DNA of 64,000 nt from Naegleria gruberi. Its lineage: Eukaryota. A program made the translations under genes and the position numbers. Shown here one piece after another: positions 45,248 through 56,504 of the stretch. Where the stretch lies: the NCBI GenBank assembly GCA_000004985.1, contig GG738926.1; one strand, 5' to 3'. A model generated the notes under the pieces. The model was not told where the DNA came from. It did no database searches and saw nothing but the letters and a program-made list of their open reading frames with translations. Positions within the stretch are counted from its first letter, which is position 1; the number at the start of each line of letters is the position of its first letter.

Positions 45248-46692
45248 TTTGAATTAGTTTTGTTGTTTTTTTTTGTGAATAGCAAATTGAGTTGAAATTT
45301 TTATTCGAAAGGTTGAAAAGGTTTTTGGGGGCGGTCAGTGAGATGGAGAGACTTCGCTTGGTGTTCATTGTTGGGTAACGGAAGTTCCAGTAAAAAGGTG
45401 TTTGTAATGATTGTAAACGATAATGAGAGATTTTGATTGGACGAAAGGAAGCGAATATTTAGGAAATATTTATCTGATTTGATTACTCTGTGTAATCGGA
45501 AGAAAGTTTTCTACGGAAACGAATGCTACCATTAATAGGAGTTGTTACGGTGACTTGTATTAGGTTTAGATATTGATATTAATAATAATAATAATAAGAA
45601 TAATATTAAGAATGATATTTATTTAATATAATAATAATAATAATATTCGGGTGATGATGAAGGTGAGAAGAAAAAGTTTGATGAGGAGAAAAGGAAAAAT
45701 AAAAAAGGCGGGAGATTGAAAGGTAATTGAATCATGAAGAGGAAATAATTAATTGATAGGAAAGAATCGTTTGATTATACACTGAATCAGAAATTTACAA
45801 CCATCAAGTTCGACTTGAATGAAATGGATGCAGAAAAAATCTAAAGTGACAATTCTTAATTGTGTGGAAAATTTCGTTTACATGCCCTTTCATCCTGATT
45901 CTTAAGCACATGTGGAGATGCAGAAACAATTGAGAATTATGAATTTTGTTGTGGATACAATTCTTGTAAATTACAGATTGAAAATAACTAAATCAAGAAA
46001 CTAACTTTACTATTCTATTTTGAGAATGAAATTGTATTTTTTAAAGAATGAAGTCTGAAAAGAGAGAACTAGAAAACATGATGGTACAAATTTGATAATA
46101 TGACAAGGCCACACCCTTTGACAACATTGAGATAATACCAATCAGAAAAACTAACTTTGAAACATCTCCACCTTAACTCCATCTCTACTACCAATTGAAA
46201 GAAATTACAACTGTAGATGATTTTTTAAGCAATGGACTGATTTGTGCTCGTTCACCATTACCAAAATATCACCTGTCTCAATAACAATAATGCAATATTT
46301 CAAAAGGACAAATAGAGAGATTACAGTCATTGATGGGAACTTAATTCTCAAACACCAACATGTGACATTAATAGAGATTGACAACCATTCTAACCTATCA
46401 AACTAACCTCATACTTGGAGAAATTGCATAGACAGATAACCAAGACTAAAAGGAAAATTTTGGAAGGTTGCTTAATTTCTGTTTTAAAATTCCCAACTTG
46501 GCCTTATCGTTCATTAACCACACTAGTAGTGAGCTCCTATTACGATGTAAACGTCGAATGTCAGCACTAATTGTTAGTAAGGAAACTTTTATTTAGCCTA
46601 TCTATGGATTTAATTACAAAAGTAAATTTACAGAATTGTAAGGATGCTCCAAAATTGTTTTTTTAAATGTTTTATTTACACGCGTATGGTTT

Positions 46693-48283
46693 TTAAGGTA
46701 CAGTTACATTCGATGACTTCTTTCTCTGGTATTCTTCATACCAATTTCTGTTGAGCTTCAAGTTTTCTTCGACAGCTCTCATGTATTGGAAGTGATCGTT
46801 AATCTTGGTTGTATCTATTGATTTGGTTCCATTCTCTGTCTTGAGAGCTAGCAAAGTTTCAAAACCGTTTTGTAATTGTTTGCTTCTCTTCTTCCAAATT
46901 CTATTCAGTACAATATCAGAATCCATGATAACGTGAAGATCTGTATAAACAGTGTGGATGAATCTTGTTGAACGATCACCCATTCTATAGAACATGTAAT
47001 TAAAAAGAATTTCAGCATCAACACGATCCTTTCTTGCAGGTCTGAGTGTTTCTTCAATATCACAAGTATGTCCAATATTCATGTAACAATTAATGGAAGG
47101 ATCGTAAACAGAAGTCATGGTATGAGGCAAATCTCTATTCTTTAAAAGTGGAATGTGCATATCAATACCAAGAGCTCCAATTTGAAGAGCAAGTGGTGGA
47201 TTGTCAACTGTATAATTCTCATCTCTATCTATTACATCTCTCATCGAGGAAGTTGTAATGTTTCTCTTCTCAATTGCTTCTGGAGATGGTGGAATATATC
47301 TGAGTAATTTAAAGTCCTTCATCAAGGTTTCATCAAGTGTAAATCTTGTATCCATATCACAATAGGTAGCCCAAACATCTTCAACTGCGTAAGGCAAATG
47401 CATTACAAGTTTGAACAGTTTCATACCCTTCATTCTATCCTGACCTATCACATAGGATGTCTTGGAGACAAAGGTTTGAAGCATGTTTGGTTTTTCACTA
47501 TAGGTCAATTCTTTCCAATCAGGTGTGTCTTCAGCAAGAGTATAGGCAAAGAAAACGTCCTTCTCAGTCATGAGTTGTGACTTGAAATCGTTTGGTTTAA
47601 ATCTTACATCAACACTGTAACCATTAGAAACGTTCAAAGCAATTGAACGAGTAAATTCTTCTCCCTTCTTCCACAAGAAGCTAATCAACAAGTGAGATCT
47701 AGCATATCTAGGAAATTGATCATACTATTATTATTATTATTGGTTAATATCTCTATAACAATTATTCTAAACTTACCTTCAGATCAAGAACTACATGTGA
47801 GACAATTCTATCAAAAAGTTCGAAAGGATCCAACAATGAAATCAATCCCAGAGGTTTCATATCATTCTGACTTATCAGTGTAGTAAGTCTATCGAAGATA
47901 TCCAATGTTGGTTGATAGGTTGGCTTGCTGAGATTCAATTCCTTTGGTTTTCCTCCACCAATATATGTATCAATAATATTCTTCAAAGCATCAACGACAA
48001 CACTCATCAATTTAATGCACTGTGTATCGAATTCCTTGTTTTGCAACTCTCCAGTCTCTGATCCTGGAGAAATACATGTATTGGTGTATTGAGTAATTTG
48101 CTCCTTTGTCTTTTTATATAAAGTTCTATAGGCATCGACATCATTCAGGAAGAGAATTGGTTCTTCATTGTGTGCTTGTTTTAAAAATTCATGAAAGTTA
48201 TCCCTAGCTTCAGAAACTTTCATCAACTCTTCATAGACAACCATATAATTGTCAGTATTAAACTTGTTAGCCTTCCTAGACAT
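46693..48283 (-). CDS. RGS-domain protein with a large C-terminal domain of unknown function, 2 exons (about 513 aa)
   Basis: Exon 1 is 47777..48283 with its ATG at 48281-48283. The intron is 47725..47776, GTAAGT...TAG on the minus strand. Exon 2 is 46693..47724. The splice joins ..HVVLDLK to YDQFPRYARSHLLISFLWKK.. in frame. Exon 1 has RGS-fold signatures (FHEFLKQAHNEEPILFLNDVDAYR ... IFDRLTTLISQNDMKPLGLISLLDPFELFDRI). Confidence 0.6.
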
Positions 48284-48987
48284 ATTCAACTATTATCTAT
48301 ATTCGATTCTTCAATAAATTAAATGAAATTCTTTAGCAGCAATAACAAAAGAGTATGTTCGTGCCCGTGATAATGTTTGCTGCACAATCTTCCGTAATGT
48401 AAAGAGTCAAATTGCGCTCTTTTTGTTTTTTTTAAAGTGTTGTTTTGCCCATTTTGCGTCGTGTTGAAGTTTTGATGATCTTTGTCAAGCAACCAACAAA
48501 AAAACAACAAAACGGCGGAAAATGATGGCGCTGAAAGCTAGGGAACGAAGCGTGGTGGAGGGAAAATATCGAAAATGACGCCAACACGTTGAATGGATTT
48601 TGGCAGTGAAATTGGATGCTTAACGAATTGTGTTTGTGACGGCTGTGGAAAGTGTTGAAAATCAGTGATGGATGACATTTTTGGGTGAGTCTTTGTTTGG
48701 GAAGACATGGATTAATATGGTTAACTGTTACGCAATGTAAGATTATATCAAAATATCAGTTGATAGAGCTCAAAAGTAGTAGGGAATGGATTAATACAAC
48801 CATGTATCTATGTTTTTAAAACGAAACCTTACAATATTTCACAATTTTTTATATTGAATTTCAAGATTGACCAAATTTTTGTAAACTCTCATTTTCCCAC
48901 CAAATTGTGATAATAATTGTGCTGTTAGGGAAGGTCGCATAAACAATACGAAAGTCTCTTCGTGGGGTGAAGAAACCACCAAAAAAA

Positions 48988-49629
48988 ATGTCTCTAATCA
49001 TTCCAATACTTTGTCAACTGGCTTACATTCCTTTTATTTACTGGTTCGTAGAGTTGGCACAGAATAATTTATACCTCAAACTCACTGGAGCGTAAGTTGT
49101 TAAATTTTCACAATGATATATATTAATATATGCCAAATGTCATCTTTGACACTTCATCATCATGATGATATTTGATTGTGTGGAACCAAACAACGCGCGT
49201 TTTGACAGTTACGGATGGATCTACCCAACCTCAGAATACAATTACTTTGAATTTGCTTCCATCAAATCGTGGGCAATTTTACCAATTTTATTTTGGTCAA
49301 TTTATTACTTTTTCTTACTTCCAAAGAAGATCAATATCTGGTTGGGTTTTTTTATTAATGGAACAGCTGGTTACATTACTGAATTCATTGTTGGATATGT
49401 TTCGTCTGTAATCTTTCACGAAACTATGCAATATTGGCCTAATTCTAGATTTGCTTTTGTTGGAGGTTTGGGTTGTTATTTGTTGTGGCAATTTGATGCC
49501 ATGCTTTACTATTTGTTAGTGTTCAAGATGCCAAACATTTTGATAAAGAGTTTAGAATCGTATAGTGAAAATACGAAATCAGTTTCTAGTGGAGGCTCCA
49601 CTGCTAAGGTTCATCAAGTTAATCATTGA
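48988..49629 (+). CDS. Multi-pass membrane protein, probably 2 exons (about 175 aa)
   Basis: The proposed model is exon 1 at 48988..49091 (MSLIIPILCQLAYIPFIYWFVELAQNNLYLKLTG), a GTAAGT..CAG intron at 49092..49208, and exon 2 at 49209..49629. The alternative is the unspliced ORF 49162..49629 from the track. Four to five hydrophobic helices are predicted. Confidence 0.4.
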
Positions 49630-49916
49630 TGAAAATGAGATGAATAAATAATCTATTGATTATTGTGAAAGTTTGTAACAAACCTTTCGTTTAGTTTTGG
49701 AAATAAATGGCGGAAAGGCTTCGATATCTTTTAGTAAAATCTGCCGAGCGTTTTGTTCATTTCAATCCAGATAATTCAAATACCGGTATCCTCTTCCATC
49801 TTTATCATTTAATTCAGAAAGAAAAGTTTGGTTTGTGTTAAAGAATGCAACTGTCAGTTAGTAAGCTAATAGTTAATATTTATATTTACAAAAAGTTAAT
49901 ATTCATACTGAAATGT

Positions 49917-49990
49917 AGCCCGTCTAGCTCAGTCGGTAGAGCGCAAGGCTCTTAACCTTGTGGTCGTGGGTTCGACCCCCACGGTGGGCG
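49917..49990 (+). tRNA. tRNA-Lys (anticodon CTT); as I read it, 1 nt longer than the two minus-strand copies
   Basis: The body GCTCAGTCGGTAGAGC-G-CAAGG-CTCTTAA-CCTTG-TGGTC-GTGGGTTCGACCCCCAC-GGTGGGC-G is identical to the copies at 57051 and 59869. As printed, the 5' end is GCCCCGTC versus GCCCGTC in the other copies. Downstream T-runs (TTTTTT) look like a Pol III terminator. Confidence 0.8.
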
Positions 49991-50090
49991 ATTCTCTTTT
50001 TTCTCTTTTTTCTCTTTTGAAAAGAATAGTTTAATTTTTGGAGATATGAACTTTGCAAATATTGAGCTATTGATATGTAGCTTTTGAAAA

Positions 50091-50867
50091 TTATTCCGTT
50101 TCTTGACTTTTTTCAATTCTAATAACAGCAAAATCCGTTTTCTCTGGTAATATTTCGGCAATCTTTGTATTTTGAGTAATGTTAGAGAATATGAGTGTTT
50201 GTATTCTTGTATATGATAGCATTTTAGCAATTTCTTTCAATTCTTGCTCAAATCCCATTCCCACCATAAAATCAATATCATCCAATACAAGTGAAATCAA
50301 ATTGGAATGCATAAATCTTGTTGTACCGAATAGGTGGTCCAGTAAGCGACCTGGAGTGGCTATCACAACAGAACAACCCTTTCCAAGAGTTTCAACTTGT
50401 TCTTGTAGCGATTGAGCACCAACTAACAAACAAGAAGTTTGTGGCATAAATGTCATTAATGATTTACAAACAGCATGGGTTTGAATGGCCAATTCTCTAG
50501 TAGGACTCACAACAATAACACCTGTTCCATTTCTTGGTTTGAATTTAGCTCTATGTAATGCTTCCAGACATGGCAAGAGGAAAGCCAATGTTTTACCACT
50601 TCCAGTATTAGCTTGAACAAGTAAATCTTTACCATCCAAAGCAATTGGAATTGAATGGGATTGAACAGGTGTCATATAAGTAAAAGAAAGTTCTGATAGC
50701 GCTCTTGTGAGTGGTTCACACAAATCAAGATTAGTAAATTGGTCATCGGTTAAAAAAGTTGAATTGGATGTGTTTGTAGATATTTCTTCTTTGGCTTCAG
50801 AATTGCTGGTTTCCGATAATGATCCTACAACATCATTCTCTTCCAAAAGGTAGTTGAATGTAGACAT
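50091..50867 (-). CDS. DEAD-box helicase-like protein consisting only of the N-terminal RecA-like domain (about 258 aa)
   Basis: Real ATG at 50865-50867. It has a Q-motif (TPVQ), motif I (ANTGSGKT), motif Ia (PTRELA) and a GG. Motif II reads VLDDID rather than VLDEAD. There is no clear SAT motif and no C-terminal helicase domain: a stop follows ..[10 protein letters not shown], and no donor site or downstream exon is visible before the tRNA at 49990. Confidence 0.55.
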   Translation of the reverse strand: MSTFNYLLEENDVVGSLSETSNSEAKEEISTNTSNSTFLTDDQFTNLDLCEPLTRALSELSFTYMTPVQSHSIPIALDGKDLLVQANTGSGKTLAFLLPCLEALHRAKFKPRNGTGVIVVSPTRELAIQTHAVCKSLMTFMPQTSCLLVGAQSLQEQVETLGKGCSVVIATPGRLLDHLFGTTRFMHSNLISLVLDDIDFMVGMGFEQELKEIAKMLSYTRIQTLIFSNITQNTKIAEILPEKTDFAVIRIEKSQETE

Positions 50868-50975
50868 TTTTTTTGTTTTCAACTCAACTGGCTTTTAGAA
50901 AATGTTCAATGCTTGTTCTTAATCCAACCATAGCATAAATAAATATATGGTGAATATATTTCTTATGAACAAGAA

Positions 50976-51048
50976 GCTGGCGTAGCTCAGTCGGTAGAGC
51001 GTTGGTCTAATAAGCCATTGGTCGCCGGTTCGATCCCGTCCGTCAGCA
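50976..51048 (+). tRNA. tRNA-Ile (anticodon AAT)
   Basis: The sequence is GCTGGCG-TA-GCTCAGTCGGTAGAGC-G-TTGGT-CTAATAA-GCCAT-TGGTC-GCCGGTTCGATCCCGTC-CGTCAGC-A. The acceptor stem pairs (one G-U), the GCTAATAA anticodon loop is as in eukaryotic tRNA-Ile-AAT, and there is one mismatch each in the anticodon and T stems. A T-run follows. Confidence 0.75.
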
Positions 51049-51062
51049 GTTAATTTTATGTT

Positions 51063-51356
51063 TTATTCCCAATCATATGGAATACTAACCCCATATGTCA
51101 CTTCCGATTCTGGATATTTACAAATTGTATATGGAGTCTTATGAGGATGTTGTTTTAATTTCTCAAAAACATCATCAAAATCATCGTCCGAAAGAGAGAA
51201 GAATCTTACATAGTCCTTATTTTCACAAATATTGTGGAATTGATAATCTTGTCCTTCTTGAAACCAAAACTTTTGCTTTAAACTGTTCCGAATATTGGCC
51301 TTGTTGATAGATCCATTTTTAAAATCAATAAACAGGATGATGTGATACGTTGACAT
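51063..51356 (-). CDS. Small hypothetical protein (about 98 aa)
   Basis: Real ATG at 51354-51356 (MSTYHIILFIDFKNG...). There is no recognisable domain, so it could be a spurious ORF. Confidence 0.3.
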   Translation of the reverse strand: MSTYHIILFIDFKNGSINKANIRNSLKQKFWFQEGQDYQFHNICENKDYVRFFSLSDDDFDDVFEKLKQHPHKTPYTICKYPESEVTYGVSIPYDWE

Positions 51357-51510
51357 TTTTTTGATTGATTTCAAGTCCAATTTCTTTTTACAAGATTTCA
51401 AGAATGTCGGGTTTAACCGCTGTGTTTCATTTTGAAAATTGAAGTCTTTCAACAAGAATATATTAATCCTTGGAATGGATATCAACTTTACAACTTTATT
51501 TTACAATAAT

Positions 51511-53799
51511 TTACAGGTCCAACATTTCCATACACTTTTCCTTGATTGGTACAATTCTATGAGCTCTTCTATCTATGGTTTCAATCTTTTCGACAATTTC
51601 CATACATTTCTTGTATTGTTGATCACTATAACACTCAACTGCATCAGCATACAAATCACAAACATTGATTTCTGCCTCTGGAGCGTTCTCAGTTTCACAA
51701 AGGAGCTCATAAATTACTAATGGCTTGGTCTTACCCTTAACAGTAACTGAATCTAATGGAACACAGAATAATCTATTCGAAACTTGAACATAAGTAGCTT
51801 GACTGATGGCAAGATAAGTTCCATAATTCTTATTAATTCCTTCAATACGAGAAGCAGAGTTGACATTATCACCCAATGCTGTATAATTCATTCTTTCAGG
51901 AGTACCAACATTTCCAATAAAGGCAGATCCTGTGTGAACTCCAATTCTTGTCTTGAATTCTGGAAGACCCTTCTTTTCCCATACTCTATATAGATCTTTC
52001 AATTCTTTTTGAATTCTGAGTGCTGAATTACATGCTTTGTAAGCATGATCTTCAATTGCGAATGGAGCATTCCAGAATGCCATGATAGCATCACCTAATT
52101 TCAATGTCAGTTATCAATGAATAATTGAAACTTACCAATAAATTTATCGACTGTACCTCCAGATTCAATAATGTGATGGGTTGCTCTTTCTAGATATTCA
52201 GAAAGACATTGAACAAGAGTATTAGGATCCATCTTTTCACAAATTGTTGTAAAGTTTTCAATATCTGAGAAGAGCAAGGTCACATTCAATTCTTGCACTC
52301 CAAGACATGCTTCCTTTGAACTTTCTAATAAAGCTTTTACAAGAGAGCTAGGAACATATTTGTTAAATGAACGAAGACCAAATTTCATCTTGTCAACAGC
52401 TAATTGAATTTCTTTGACTTCTGTCAAGAAACTTCTACGTTGTTTTTTTGAAGAAATTTCCAATCTAGCAATCTTGTTAATATCCTTACTAAGGGATGAT
52501 AATGGAAAGGTAATCAACAAGGAGAACACAAAGACAACTGCAGCACCGAATATCATAATTCCCAAACTGATCAACAAACCATTTCTGAATTGAATCCAAA
52601 TGTCTCCCAACACGTCAATTTGTGGAGAGAAGATTACAATAATCCAATCCATTCCATTAATTGAGGATGAGTAACTGTATGGAATGGCATTAACGTCAAC
52701 ATCATAACCGTTCCATTGAATACTAGTAGAAGCAGTTCCATTCAATTTCTTCAAATCATACAAACTTAATAATTTCTGGTAACCTTCTTTTACAAAAGTT
52801 GTGTTGCCTTCGAGTGGAGTTGTCTGAACTGGAATTCCATTCTTAATAATGTATGAAGGATCAGAAGGAGATGAAGAACCAATCAATAATCCGTTTCTGT
52901 CTATTAACATGGTCACTGCATTCTTTGAAACTGGTGTGCTTTGCATGAAACTTGATAATGACCTGCCGAATGTAACAGAAGACCAAGCATAGTGGAATTC
53001 TCCATCAACCCAAAAAGGAGTCACATACGAAATGTAAAAATCTGGATCGACCTGATTGTAACCAACATCCGTCCAACTTTCTTTTGGATTCGAAACATTC
53101 ATCAATTTCCAATAGGGTGATTGAGTGTTATCAACACCAGGAACGTGTACAATCAAATTAACTTCACCACTTGGAGTAACCACAAAGAAATCAGCTCCTT
53201 CCTTTGACACAAAGAGTCCATTAGCAAAACTGTAAATGTTCTGAACTCCCCATGCATAGTAACCTGTCTTGTCTCCTACTGAAGTAAATATAGAATCTGG
53301 ATTCATACCCTTGAAAACATTATACATGTGATTTACAACTAAAGTGGATTGATCTGTTGTGTTGAATAGTTAAAACTTAAAAAACAGTGCTCTACTTACT
53401 ATGCAGATCCCACTTGAATGTCATGAATTGATTCTTATAAATAGTTGACAAATCAACGGCTGGCTTGAATTTAGTATTAAGGTAGTTTGCAAGATTCTTC
53501 GCATAACCTTCCTTTAATTTCGTGTTCATGTCCAACACTGATGTATTACCCGTGTTAAAGCCAATGAACCAGGTAATAATCAAAACGACGAGAACAACCA
53601 ACACGAGAACACACACCAGCAACAATCTAATAGAGAATAAAAAGTTGAGGAAGGAATAGATAGACCGAACAATGAAAGGAGTCTTATCTTCCCCGTAGAA
53701 TAGCGAATCGACAGAATGTGCCTTGTGGAGAGCATATACATCTGCCTTGGAACTGTTTTGTGGTGTTACCACTGGTTGAATACTTGGTGATTTGACCAT
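51511..53799 (-). CDS. Receptor-type class III adenylate/guanylate cyclase (two TM segments flanking an extracellular sensor domain), 3 exons
   Basis: Exons on the minus strand are 53400..53799 (ATG 53797-53799), 52136..53338 and 51511..52094. The introns are 53339..53399 and 52095..52135, both GTAAGT..TAG. TM1 is LLLVCVLVLVVLVVLIITWFIGF. An extracellular domain of about 300 aa and then TM2 (LLISLGIMIFGAAVVFVFSLLITF) follow. The cyclase motifs are VTLLFSDIENFTTICE, KFIG|DAIMAFW (split by intron 2), RIGVHTGSAFIGNVG and YTALGDNVNSASRIE. Confidence 0.75.
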
Positions 53800-54325
53800 G
53801 GAGTGTTGTATTAATGCAAGTAAATTCAATAGGCACAAGGTGTATAGTAGTTCAGGCAACTCAATGGTTGTATTAAGGGTGATTGTTGGTTTGTTTTTTA
53901 TGTGATTCTAACGTGGAGGAATATCTTGATCAAGTACATTCAATCAGCACGTAAACACTCATCATCTACAGTGAATCAGTGATGTGTGGGGTGAATTAAC
54001 TGAAGCAGGCTTCACTACGTTGAAAACCAAACACTTCCAACGTGCTTGGCAGCAACTGAATATTAAGGTACAAGAAAACCAATTTAAGCGAAGAGTCAAA
54101 CTTCCCCCTTAGGATATAAAAGTATATATACGGAGAGTAATCCATGAAGGGCAACATCGATTCTTGTAATATTTCCCCTCTGCTTATTTGGAAGATGCAG
54201 CTATCGGAACTAGATTATAAAAATTAAAGTCTAGATGAACTTGTTGATTCTTAGGAGAAATGAAACACATTTGGTTTATTTCATTCTTATTTAGTAAGAA
54301 TTTATGTTGATCAGGTAAAACGCAA

Positions 54326-55729
54326 CTAGTTTTGAGCAAGCAAATTCATTCCATACTCAGTCATGTAAGCGAAATACTCGGCTCTTTCTTCTTCTGTGAA
54401 AACGGTAACTATTGGACCAGCATAGCCCAATGGCTTCATCAATTGATTGACAACACCTCGAATTGTTTCATTGTTGAAAATCATAGAATGGACTGGAAGT
54501 AACATTAAGGCAATTTCTTCATCAGCTCCAATGACAGTTGAATCTTGCAAATCAGCATTTGACAAGAAGGTGCCATCCTTAACTCTAATGTATGCAATCA
54601 CATCAGGTCCAGTTAATAATGGTGAAGATTGAAGTGAACTGTAGACAAACAAGTTTTCGTTCTGATTGTAAACAACCACCTGATTGTTTGGATTGGTATT
54701 GTCAATGATAGTAACACTTCCCAAATCAAAACCTCCAGAAGTCACAATTTGTTGCTTGAATGAACCAACAACAACCACTTTGCCATATTTGAGCGATTCT
54801 TGCAAAGTAGCAAGTGGATTTTCACTAGTGGATGCTAGTTTGGACATGTAGCCAGCAGCCAATGCAATTGGAATACCTCCAGGAACTGAATAATTCTTAC
54901 ATTGTTGACCTGTCATTTTCCACAATGCCAATCCAGCAACTGAGTTGAATTCACTTGATGAAATGATTGGTCTAGCCAAAGCTTCAACAGCACTTGCACT
55001 GTCCAATAAGATGGCCACTGAATCAGCTGGGGTGTTGGCATTTGACAAGATGGAAGGATTTGTGGATATTCCATTAGCACTGTATGATGTCATTGTGAGT
55101 GTTGGAACAGCTCTTCCCATGGAATCAGACAAAATTACTGGAATTCCAGTTTGAGCAGAAACCAGCATTGGCATGAGAGAATTCAATGCTCCAACTTCAA
55201 CTGGAACAAGATAATCAACATGTTGGCCTTGTGATTGAACAACGTATTGATTGAATGCATTGTAGGCGTTTTGAGCAATGCAAAACTTGGATGAATCAGT
55301 CATGGCAGTTGGAGCTCCCTTAATATAAGAGAAGTTAAACACATATTCATATGTAATGTTGACTTACCATACCAGCAACGACTACTCCCAATTGATCATC
55401 ATTCAAGACAGTTGGATCGATGAGTTGAATTCGTGGGACAAGATTTTCATCTTCCATATATTTAACAAGAACTCTTCCAATTGCAATCTTTAATTAACAA
55501 GCCGATGATCGGAATGATAAGTGTCAAATATATTATTTAAATATTATTAATAAATTGATGAGAATCAACCTACACTGCCACCACCTCCACAGCCCATTAA
55601 GGCTGCTCCGTACATGATTTGTTCCAACTTTTCACTAGTAAGGCCATAAACAGTAGCATAGGCACGATCAATTCTTTGAATACTTTGAGGAAGATAGAAT
55701 AATTGAGGATTAGGTGTTGATGAGGACAT
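54326..55729 (-). CDS. Conserved hypothetical protein, possibly of the DUF917/hydantoinase-like family, 3 exons (about 422 aa)
   Basis: Exons on the minus strand are 55574..55729 (ATG 55727-55729; MSSSTPNPQ...MGCGGGGS), 55368..55487 and 54326..55318. Intron 1 (55488..55573) has a GTAGGT donor and intron 2 (55319..55361) a GTAAGT donor. The family assignment is from memory of the GGGG and GxPV motifs only. Confidence 0.5.
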
Positions 55730-56306
55730 TTTCTTGTGTGAGAAAACATTGTGAAAAAATCAAAAGCAAGACAAACAATGTGATAATTTTTGCATCTTCC
55801 TCAATAGACATAAAAGTGAAACTGCGCCATGTTGGGAAACCGTAGTAATGAAGAGACTTTTTCCGATGCATTAAACAATTAAGGGCAACCTTAGTAGAAA
55901 TGGCTAAGGAAATTTCCGAGTACAAAAACAGTCTACTCCTAACAAACATGTTGTTTTGAAGACCAAAAACATTGCTAATCAAGTACATTAAGGTGACCAC
56001 CTCCAAGAGATGAGAGTGTGTACCTATTATTATGTTGAATGTTTAATCCTATTCAAAAGAGTGAGGGAAATTACGGAAGGATTTCAAGTCGGTATACATT
56101 TTAAAATAACATTCTTTTTGAATATCTTACTTTGATGTGTGTACAATGAAACAGGAATGTTTCCAAAGAAATTGGATAGTCAAGTTGTAATATTTAACTG
56201 TTCCTGATACCATAGGAATGAGGTTCGGAAAGACACTTAACCAGATAATAATCCAAAACTTCTTTTGCATATTTTAAAGAAGGAAATCAATGCTATCAAG
56301 ACATCA

Positions 56307-56504
56307 ATGGAGACTATCTGTTCCAGTCCTCTTTTTCTTTCAGAATTTGATGTTCACGGTGGTGATTGTGGTTGCCAATTCAAGGAGCATCCTTTTTGGC
56401 AAGATTTAAAAAAGAAGAATATTGCCAATAACCTATCTGAGACTTTCATTGCCGTTTATTTTGATTATTATTCATGTGTCTTTACTCGAAATGATAACGA
56501 CTGA
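56307..56504 (+). CDS. Very small Cys-containing ORF (66 aa), doubtful
   Basis: ATG at 56307 (METICSSPLFLSEFDVHGGDCGCQFKEHPFW...). I see no support beyond the open frame. Confidence 0.15.
   Translation: METICSSPLFLSEFDVHGGDCGCQFKEHPFWQDLKKKNIANNLSETFIAVYFDYYSCVFTRNDND

Noticed and set aside
49162-49208. Unspliced start of the membrane-protein gene at the ATG at 49162 (track ORF 49162..49629)
   Set aside because: It is kept as an alternative. I favour the 2-exon model because an upstream ATG exon ends precisely at a GTAAGT donor in phase with a CAG acceptor at 49207-49208, but the evidence is weak (confidence 0.4).
49952-50230. 92-aa minus-strand ORF overlapping tRNA-Lys(CTT), and likewise 36384..36707 (-) and 36529..36717 (+) overlapping tRNA-Gln
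   Set aside because: The apparent 'proteins' are translations of tRNA sequence and its T-rich flanks (for example ..[14 protein letters not shown] is the tRNA T-arm and acceptor stem).
55710-56006. 98-aa minus ORF 55710..56006 and other 60-90-aa ORFs in intergenic regions (1846..2073, 10655..10937, 47692..47883, 56661..56998, 57326..57589)
   Set aside because: They are short and AT-rich, hydrophobic or low-complexity. They lack conserved motifs and mostly overlap UTR or intron sequence of better-supported genes.
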